The notes beneath the pieces were generated by a model. It saw only the letters and a program-made list of their open reading frames with translations. It was not told where the DNA came from and ran no database searches. From contig JAFGNJ010000027.1 in assembly GCA_016927065.1 (NCBI GenBank), positions 36,506-100,505 on the forward strand: 64,000 nt of DNA, read 5' to 3'. This DNA comes from Deltaproteobacteria bacterium. Its GTDB lineage: Bacteria > Desulfobacterota > B13-G15 > RBG-16-54-18. How positions within the stretch are numbered: position 1 is the first letter of the stretch; every line of letters starts with the position of its first letter. Made by a program: the position numbers and the translations under genes. Shown piece after piece: positions 57,721-64,000 of the stretch.

Positions 57721-59067
57721 TCACCACTGGGCTGGCGCCCGTAAAGGGCCTTCCCACTTGGCATGAATCTCTCGCATCTTGCTGCGCCACATGGAGAAGT
57801 TGAGGATTAAGGCCAGTGGGATATTTTTGAGAGGGGCATGCCAAAGCCGCGAGATAATGGAACGCGGCGCGCAACAATACTTTTTGGCCCAGAGATAGCC
57901 CTCCTGTAGTTCATCGGGGGTCATTAAGGCGGGAAGAAAGAGGACTTGCCCGACATCGTATTTACGCCAATCCTTGCTTGCTTCCAGAAGGCGACCTTCC
58001 TTGATGAGGCGGCGCCGCAACGCGGTGCCTGGGTAGGGGGTAAGGATTGAGAAGACCGGCACCTCCATTCCCGACTCTTGGACATAGTCCACCGTACGGC
58101 GAAAGATATCCCTGGTGTCATCGTCGTGTCCAAAGATAAAGGCCCCCTGAACGATGATCCCCGCTCGGTGGAAGTCACGCACATGCTGTGTAAACTGCTT
58201 TGTACTGGCCCACGATTTTCCCGCTATGTCGAGGTTTAATTGATCAAGGGATTCGAAACCGACAAAGAGCTGTGTGCAGCCACTTTTTGCCGCTAGATCG
58301 AGGAGTTCCGGGTCTTCTGACATCCTGAGGGAGGCAAAACTCGCCCAGCGGATCTTGAGGGGAATCAGGGCTCGAAGCAATTCCTTGGCATATCGAGGGG
58401 TGCCGCCGATGTTATCGTCGACGAAGAAGACGTTGAGCTGCGAGTAGATATCCGATACTTCTTTGATCTCGGCTACTACGTCCTGCACCGGGCGGGGCCG
58501 GTATTTGTATCCAAAGAAGAGGGGAACCGAACAAAATTCGCAATTATTAGGACAGCCTCGGGTGGCTTGCGCGGCAAAAATATGGCGGTGATGGTGCCGC
58601 CGCAAGAGGTCTCTGCGAGCGAAAGGTTTTCCATAGATAGGAGGTGGTTTGGGAGAGTGATAGATGTTTTTCAGTGTTCCTGCGCTGAGGTCCGCTAAAA
58701 GCATTGGCATAACTCCTTCGGCTTCTCCTCGCACCACCGCATCGCAGTGTTCCAAGGCTTCCTCCGGTTCATTACTGACATGCAGACCGCCCATCACCAC
58801 GGGGATCGAGCGGGAGCGAAAGTAGTCCGCCAATTCATAGGCATGGGGCGCATTCATGGTAAGGGAGGAGATCCCCACCACATCCGCCTCCCTATTCAAG
58901 TCCACTGGCTCTAGATCCTCGTCCACTACTTCGACCTCCCATTCCTCTTCGGGGAAGAGGGCGGCAACTGTGGTGATACCGAGGACAGGGAAGGGGAACG
59001 GAGGGTGATCCGAGCTCACCACGGATTTATCGATGGCATGGATCAAATATGCTTTCCGTCTTGACAT
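57721..59067 (-). CDS. B12-binding domain radical SAM protein
   Basis: N-terminal B12-binding-like domain, radical SAM motif ATRGCPNNCEFCSV. Confidence 0.8.
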   Translation of the reverse strand: MSRRKAYLIHAIDKSVVSSDHPPFPFPVLGITTVAALFPEEEWEVEVVDEDLEPVDLNREADVVGISSLTMNAPHAYELADYFRSRSIPVVMGGLHVSNEPEEALEHCDAVVRGEAEGVMPMLLADLSAGTLKNIYHSPKPPPIYGKPFARRDLLRRHHHRHIFAAQATRGCPNNCEFCSVPLFFGYKYRPRPVQDVVAEIKEVSDIYSQLNVFFVDDNIGGTPRYAKELLRALIPLKIRWASFASLRMSEDPELLDLAAKSGCTQLFVGFESLDQLNLDIAGKSWASTKQFTQHVRDFHRAGIIVQGAFIFGHDDDTRDIFRRTVDYVQESGMEVPVFSILTPYPGTALRRRLIKEGRLLEASKDWRKYDVGQVLFLPALMTPDELQEGYLWAKKYCCAPRSIISRLWHAPLKNIPLALILNFSMWRSKMREIHAKWEGPLRAPAQW

Positions 59068-59261
59068 TGTGATATCTGTCCGGGTCGCTTTAATGAATTA
59101 TGGTTATATAATAACACAGAGAAGGCATGAACGAAAAGCCCGTGCATAGTCATTTCCTTGTTTATACAATGATTTTACCCCTTCTCGCAAACTATAAACG
59201 ATAAAAACAGTTGCTTTTTCTCAGGTGATCATTTATTTTTAACTTTTATTCTCTGAGGAGG

Positions 59262-61157
59262 TTGATTATGCTGAAGTTTATGAGGACCCATGCCACCTCG
59301 TGGGCTATCAAGATCATTCTGGTATTGATCATTATAGTCTTTGTCCTTTGGGGAGCAGGAAGTATTAAGGAAAGAGAAGAGACAGTTGTGGCCACCGTCG
59401 GACATCAGTCTATCACCACAGAAGAGTTCGGACGAGCATACAATAGCATTTTGGCATACTATGAGCGGGTTTTCGGACAGCAACTTCCCCCTGATTTTCT
59501 TAAAGGAATGGATATCAAACAACAGGTCCTTGACCAATTGGTCAATACAGCAGTGGTGCAGCAGGAGGTTCAAGAGATAGGCCTTCAAGTGACAGATGAG
59601 GAGTTTAAGGAAGCGATCAAACAAGACCCAACCTTTCAACGGGGGGGGAAGTTTGACCGCGGCCTGTACGAACAGATTGTGCGTAACCTGGGTACTCAAT
59701 TACTAGTCCAGATCCACACAGATTTAATGAACCAGCGTTTTGTGGAGCTTATCGGAGATACCGCCGTGATCCTAAACGAAGAAGAGGTAAAAGAGCTCTA
59801 TGCAGTGGAAAACGAGAAGATTAGTTTGAGTTTTGTTAAGGTTTCCCCAGAGGGTTTTACAAAGAAGGTTGTGGTGACCGCGGGTGAATTGGAACAATAC
59901 TACGCGGAGCACAAGGAGGAATTTCGTACTCCTTCACAGGTGAGTGTTCTCTATGTTCGATTTTCTCCCAATGCATATCTCAATGAGGTCACTGTTTCAA
60001 CGCAGGAGGTCCAAGATTATTATGATATGAATAGAGAGCAGTATCAAAGCCCTGAACAGGTGCGGATTAGACATATCCTCATTAGGGTTGGTTCCGAGGC
60101 TACCCCTGAAGAAGTGGATAAAGCGAAACAAAAAGCGGAGAAGATCCTTGCACAAGCCCGCCAAGGGGCGAATTTTGCTGCCTTGGCGCGTCAATACTCC
60201 GATGACTCGTCAGCTTCTGAAGGGGGTGACGTGGGCTATTTCTCTCGGGGCGAGATGGAGCCAGCCTTTGAAAAAACGGTTTTTTCTCTTCGAAAAGGAG
60301 AGATAGGGCCTGTAATTCGGACCAGTCAAGGTTTTCATATTGTTAAGGTTGAAGATGTGCAAAAGGAAAAAAGTAAATCCCTCGATGAAGCAGAGGAAGA
60401 GATCATTTCTTTTCTGAGGTGGGAGAAGGCGAAACATTTGGCTGCTATGAATGCTGAAGATGCTGCCTATCAGGCGAAAAACCGAGAAGGTTTGAAACCC
60501 TATGCCGATGAGAAGGGACTTCAAGTGAGGAATGGAGGGCCCTTTATAGCAGGCACGGGGGGGTATGAGGAGAAAATGTCCTCTATAGCCTTTACGTTGG
60601 ATGCGGGTGATATTTCGTCGGCTTTTCAGGATGGTGAGGACTACTTTGTCTTGGAAGTAACTGATAAGGTACCGCCTTTGATCCCTCCGTTAGAGGAGGT
60701 AACAGAACGGGTGCAGGGAGCACTGGTCTCCTCATCGGCCCAAGGGTTAGCGCAGAGTACCGCCCAGAATCTCCTTGAAGCCTGGAAGAAAGGAGAAGGA
60801 TTTGAGGAGGTATTAAGGGCCAATGGCTTACTGGTGGAGAAGACCGGTTTCTTCAAGAGGAGTTCAACGTCACCTCCTTCCATAGGCCCCCTAGGAGCAG
60901 ATGCTGATGAGATTGCTACCTTGAGCCGAGAGGCGCCCTGGCCTGATGACATAGTTGAGGTGAACGGTGCTTTTATTGTGGCCAGACTTGAAGGCGTAGA
61001 GCGGGTGGACGAAAGAGAATATGAAAAGGAGAATACCGCCTATCGCACGCAGCTCAACAACCGTAAGACAATGGAACTGTTTAAGGCATGGCTTACGGTG
61101 GCGAAGCAACGGGCAGATATTGAGATTAATGAGAAGCTTTTAGGAAGATATCGGTAA
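59262..61157 (+). CDS. periplasmic chaperone / peptidyl-prolyl isomerase, PpiD/SurA-like with parvulin domain
   Basis: N-terminal TM anchor, SurA-N-like region, parvulin motifs RIRHILIRV and GDVGYFSRGEMEPAFE...GFHIVKV. Confidence 0.8.
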   Translation: MIMLKFMRTHATSWAIKIILVLIIIVFVLWGAGSIKEREETVVATVGHQSITTEEFGRAYNSILAYYERVFGQQLPPDFLKGMDIKQQVLDQLVNTAVVQQEVQEIGLQVTDEEFKEAIKQDPTFQRGGKFDRGLYEQIVRNLGTQLLVQIHTDLMNQRFVELIGDTAVILNEEEVKELYAVENEKISLSFVKVSPEGFTKKVVVTAGELEQYYAEHKEEFRTPSQVSVLYVRFSPNAYLNEVTVSTQEVQDYYDMNREQYQSPEQVRIRHILIRVGSEATPEEVDKAKQKAEKILAQARQGANFAALARQYSDDSSASEGGDVGYFSRGEMEPAFEKTVFSLRKGEIGPVIRTSQGFHIVKVEDVQKEKSKSLDEAEEEIISFLRWEKAKHLAAMNAEDAAYQAKNREGLKPYADEKGLQVRNGGPFIAGTGGYEEKMSSIAFTLDAGDISSAFQDGEDYFVLEVTDKVPPLIPPLEEVTERVQGALVSSSAQGLAQSTAQNLLEAWKKGEGFEEVLRANGLLVEKTGFFKRSSTSPPSIGPLGADADEIATLSREAPWPDDIVEVNGAFIVARLEGVERVDEREYEKENTAYRTQLNNRKTMELFKAWLTVAKQRADIEINEKLLGRYR

Positions 61158-61211
61158 CCGTGCCAAATTTTCTTGACAAATCTCTCTTAATTTGGTAAGA
61201 GTTATTGTACT

Positions 61212-61784
61212 TTGATAATGTGCAGAGTTAAAGATAATCAGATGGATATTGCAAATCGGCTGAGCAAAATTTGTATAGTGGCCATGATGGTCATCTTCTT
61301 TTGTGCTGTCTTAGCCGGTGCACAAGGAAAGACTGAGGAAAACAAGGAGCTGATGGGCCTTGTCGAAGTAAAGGAGTGTGAGGGGGTGGGGGTGAGCCAT
61401 TGCGAACTGGCCAAAAATCTTGTTCTCACCCTGAAGATGGGGGAGGATTTAATCTGTGAGGCCTGTTTCATTCAATTACAGGCATTAGGAATTGCCCCGG
61501 GTGAAGAGTGGAGCTACGCGGATCCTCACAAAGTTGTTACACAGGAAGATATTCAGGAAGTGGCATTGGAAATCCATCGGGCTTATAACAATGGTATGGT
61601 CCGCGTCGATGGTTTTGTAGCGGCGGCAGGCATCAATAGTTTCTGCCGCGATATAAAAGGGATTTCTCCTCCACCGGAGAAGGAGGAAAAAGGACAGCCG
61701 GAAAAGCAGCCTGAGGAACAACCAACTACAGCCACCCCACCGCAGGCTGAAGAGACCGGCGTTCAAAAAGAGAAAAAAGAATAA
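61212..61784 (+). CDS. secreted hypothetical protein with Pro/Glu-rich C-terminal tail
   Basis: Signal-like MMVIFFCAVLAGAQG; low-complexity C-terminus. Confidence 0.5.
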   Translation: MIMCRVKDNQMDIANRLSKICIVAMMVIFFCAVLAGAQGKTEENKELMGLVEVKECEGVGVSHCELAKNLVLTLKMGEDLICEACFIQLQALGIAPGEEWSYADPHKVVTQEDIQEVALEIHRAYNNGMVRVDGFVAAAGINSFCRDIKGISPPPEKEEKGQPEKQPEEQPTTATPPQAEETGVQKEKKE

Positions 61785-61858
61785 GCTTTGGGCTGCGTTC
61801 GCAAAGACAGGCGTTGTGAAATATCCTACACCAGGTACCACAACATTAGAAATACTTA

Positions 61859-61884
61859 AGGCCTCTGCATAAGAGGTTTTTTTG
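61859..61884 (+). terminator. weak intrinsic terminator (5-bp stem CCTCT/AGAGG plus T7)
   Basis: Short hairpin followed by TTTTTTT about 75 nt after the stop at 61784. Confidence 0.3.
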
Positions 61885-62034
61885 TGTCTTTATCAAACAT
61901 AGAGAGAATTTACTTCCGCGTACAGATTGGCACGGCACGCTTTCGGAGCGCAGAAAAGATCGAAGCGTTATCAATCCATCAACACGTTTGATGTGAGTTT
62001 CTTAGAAGAGACTGATTACATTACGGAGATACCG

Positions 62035-62469
62035 ATGGCTCGTATTACGATTGGACTTCCTGAGCAATTTCAGTTTTCAACCGATATTGCAGTACGCATT
62101 AGTGATATCAATTATGGCGGGCATCTTGGGCATGATTCCATAATCTCTCTTATGCATGAAACCCGGGTGAGATTTTTAAACTCTCGTGGTTTTTCCGAAT
62201 CAGATATCGAAGGCTTCGGTCTGATCATGACAGATTTGGCAGTTGTCTATAAAGCAGAGGTCTTGTACGGAGAAATATTGACGATTGAAATTGGTATTCA
62301 AAATATTACTAAATACGGTTGGGATTTTGTTTATCGCGTTATCAACAAGAAGACGGATAAAGAAGTGGCGCGGGCAAAAACAGGGGTATTGATTTTTGAT
62401 TATAAGCAAAAAAAGGTTATTGTGATACCGGAACGTTTTATGAAAGACTTTGGATTAGGAAAAGACTAA
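62035..62469 (+). CDS. hotdog-fold acyl-CoA thioesterase (4HBT/YbgC-like)
   Basis: About 145 aa from internal Met with GGAG Shine-Dalgarno; longest ORF starts 61927. Confidence 0.7.
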   Translation: MARITIGLPEQFQFSTDIAVRISDINYGGHLGHDSIISLMHETRVRFLNSRGFSESDIEGFGLIMTDLAVVYKAEVLYGEILTIEIGIQNITKYGWDFVYRVINKKTDKEVARAKTGVLIFDYKQKKVIVIPERFMKDFGLGKD

Positions 62470-62633
62470 CAGTCGGACTATAATGGCCACAGGAAAAATC
62501 TAAGGCTGTCATCATATAATGATTTACACGGAAGATGCACAAAATAAGTTTTCTATTGCAAGAAGAAGTGTTGTGTGATAAATTTTTCATCAGTTTATAC
62601 GTATTGACTAAATAGTTATTCAGCGGAGGTATA

Positions 62634-62849
62634 GTGAGCAGAGACGATTTAATCAAGCTTGAAGGAATAGTGACTAAGGTTATAGGACGGGGGAGTATGG
62701 AGATCGAGTGTGATAATAATACTATTGTTAAAGGTGTCCTCTGTGGCCGGATGAAAAAAAAGAGAGTTCGGGTGATGGAGGGCGACCGAGTTCAAGTAAG
62801 TGTTTCACCGTATGATACCACTCACGGTATCGTTACGTGGCGTTTTTGA
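62634..62849 (+). CDS. infA: translation initiation factor IF-1
   Basis: 71 aa S1-like fold; pattern matches IF-1 (LEGIVTKV..., GRMKKKRVRVMEGDRVQVSVSPYD); GTG start after GGAGGT. Confidence 0.85.
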   Translation: MSRDDLIKLEGIVTKVIGRGSMEIECDNNTIVKGVLCGRMKKKRVRVMEGDRVQVSVSPYDTTHGIVTWRF

Positions 62850-63006
62850 AAGAGTTCTTTGTAAGAAAGAGGAAAAGAGTCGCTTCCTTTAATTACATCA
62901 AAAAATATTTCCTATCTTCCCACCGCGTTTAATCGCACAAATAGTTAAGCTCAGTCACGCTAGTGCCAAGTCTAAAAGCACTGTGCACACCATTGAGGTA
63001 TGCTCC

Positions 63007-63624
63007 CTATTTTACATCTGCGTCATTATCAAATCCTCTTTGTTCCCAATATCCCTTATAAGGCTTATCCGACAATTCAATTTCTTTAACCCACTTTACC
63101 CATTTGTATCCCAACTTTGATTCGGCCACCACTTGAAAGGGAAAGCCCCGCTGGGCATCGAGGACCCGCCCATTGATCTTGGCCGCTAGCAAAATGTCAA
63201 GGCGGATAATATCATCATAGAATAGAGAAGAGGAATAGCCATCAACAGCATAGAAGATGACGGTTTGCACCCCTTTTTTTGGCTTTGCCAGGGCCAGCAG
63301 ATCGGCCAGGCGCACCCCCTCAAAGAGGAGGTGTTCGTCCCAACCTTCCACACAATAGAGGGTGACGGCACGTTTTGCGTTGGGTAAATTCAGTACTTCT
63401 TGATAGGTCAAGGATTGGGGGGTTTGCACCAAACCCGTTATGCGAAGCCGGTATTGCTCGATATCGACCTGCTGGGGGCCCTTAATAGAATTGTCGTATT
63501 TTCTGTCAAAGGGATCAAGATGTTCACCTTTATACTCCCGGATTTCACGCTCCGCCTGCGGTGCGGGACACGCCATCAAGCCTATGCCTGCAAATATCAA
63601 GGATATCCAGATGAGGTGCTTCAT
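63007..63624 (-). CDS. sulfite-oxidase-family molybdopterin-binding oxidoreductase domain protein, lipoprotein-like
   Basis: Signal plus Cys (LIFAGIGLMAC); Moco-binding-domain pattern (LYCVEGWDE...). Confidence 0.75.
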   Translation of the reverse strand: MKHLIWISLIFAGIGLMACPAPQAEREIREYKGEHLDPFDRKYDNSIKGPQQVDIEQYRLRITGLVQTPQSLTYQEVLNLPNAKRAVTLYCVEGWDEHLLFEGVRLADLLALAKPKKGVQTVIFYAVDGYSSSLFYDDIIRLDILLAAKINGRVLDAQRGFPFQVVAESKLGYKWVKWVKEIELSDKPYKGYWEQRGFDNDADVK

Positions 63625-63826
63625 ATCAATACCCTCCCTTGTTGCTTTTATTTATAGACTACCCCCTTTTCCCCTTGGCGGTCTCTCTGGGGGTACGACA
63701 GAGGATTGTTAGAGTGTCAAGTGTAAAGGGTTATGAAGGAGTTTAAGTTTTCACCACTCTCCCGCACACCATCCTCATGGTCGTCCGGGAGAGTGGCATT
63801 CAACATTTTCAATAAAAAACGGTCTT

Positions 63827-64000
63827 CTATTTCTTTTTCTTTGCTGTCTTCTTTTTCGCCTTCTTGGGTGCTTTCTTTTTTGATTTTTTTGTCGATATGT
63901 TAAAGAGGACATACAAAGGGCAAAATCCTACCAGGCTCGTTAGGAAAAAAATCACCGCAATGATGCCGAGGATGATGGCAGCGGTGCCCGACAGGTTGCC
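63827..64000 (-). CDS. DUF2892-like small membrane protein, N-terminally truncated at window end
   Basis: Not in ORF track; ...LVGFCPLYVLFN motif then Lys-rich tail; open to window edge. Confidence 0.4.
   Translation of the reverse strand, partial: GNLSGTAAIILGIIAVIFFLTSLVGFCPLYVLFNISTKKSKKKAPKKAKKKTAKKKK

Noticed and set aside
61158-61211. TTGACA hexamer after the PpiD-like gene as a promoter for the secreted-protein gene at 61212
   Set aside because: No convincing -10 hexamer at 16-18 nt spacing (TAAGAG at best); left unannotated.
1-64000. Scan for CRISPR arrays, tRNA/rRNA genes, transposases, integrases and toxin-antitoxin pairs
   Set aside because: No array of regularly spaced direct repeats, no tRNA-like sequence in the larger intergenic gaps (30.6-30.9 kb, 33.7-34.0 kb, 41.2-41.3 kb), and no recombinase or transposase signatures were seen.

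Overview
Bacterial chromosomal window, about 70 protein-coding genes densely packed on both strands; no rRNA, tRNA, CRISPR array, transposase or integrase was recognised. All calls come from reading the supplied ORF translations and the DNA by eye; no database search was run. Housekeeping genes include pyk, purB, nfo, infA, cutA, an archaeal-type cofactor-independent phosphoglycerate mutase, a phosphohexomutase, a family-4 uracil-DNA glycosylase and an M24 peptidase. Five regions stand out. (1) 0.3-4 kb: an isoprenoid locus with a polyprenyl diphosphate synthase and an IspH fused to a UbiA-like membrane prenyltransferase domain. (2) 10.6-14 kb: an operon of a GalT-like HIT nucleotidyltransferase, a spore-photoproduct-lyase-family radical SAM protein and a PP-loop ATPase. 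(3) 24.5-33.7 kb, the best candidate for an undescribed system: an ECF sigma factor, anti-sigma factor and S8 protease operon followed by CARDB/Ig-like secreted proteins, two tandem paralogous secreted proteins and an outer-membrane barrel, with a conserved TGAAC(C/T)TTT motif upstream of five transcription units. (4) 34.7-51.2 kb: a cell-surface glycan locus (GT9, GT2, GT4, epimerase, acetyltransferase, many methyltransferases, tandem Kdo-kinase-like protein) containing a visibly AT-rich insert with a triplicated methyltransferase paralog (one copy decayed) and a methyltransferase-like gene interrupted by an in-frame TGA. (5) 54-59 kb: an unannotated 29-aa bS22-like basic ORF, and a radical SAM enzyme with a twin-arginine-like N-terminus next to a B12-binding radical SAM protein. 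Gene starts are often uncertain because the ORF track extends to the first in-frame ATG/GTG/TTG.
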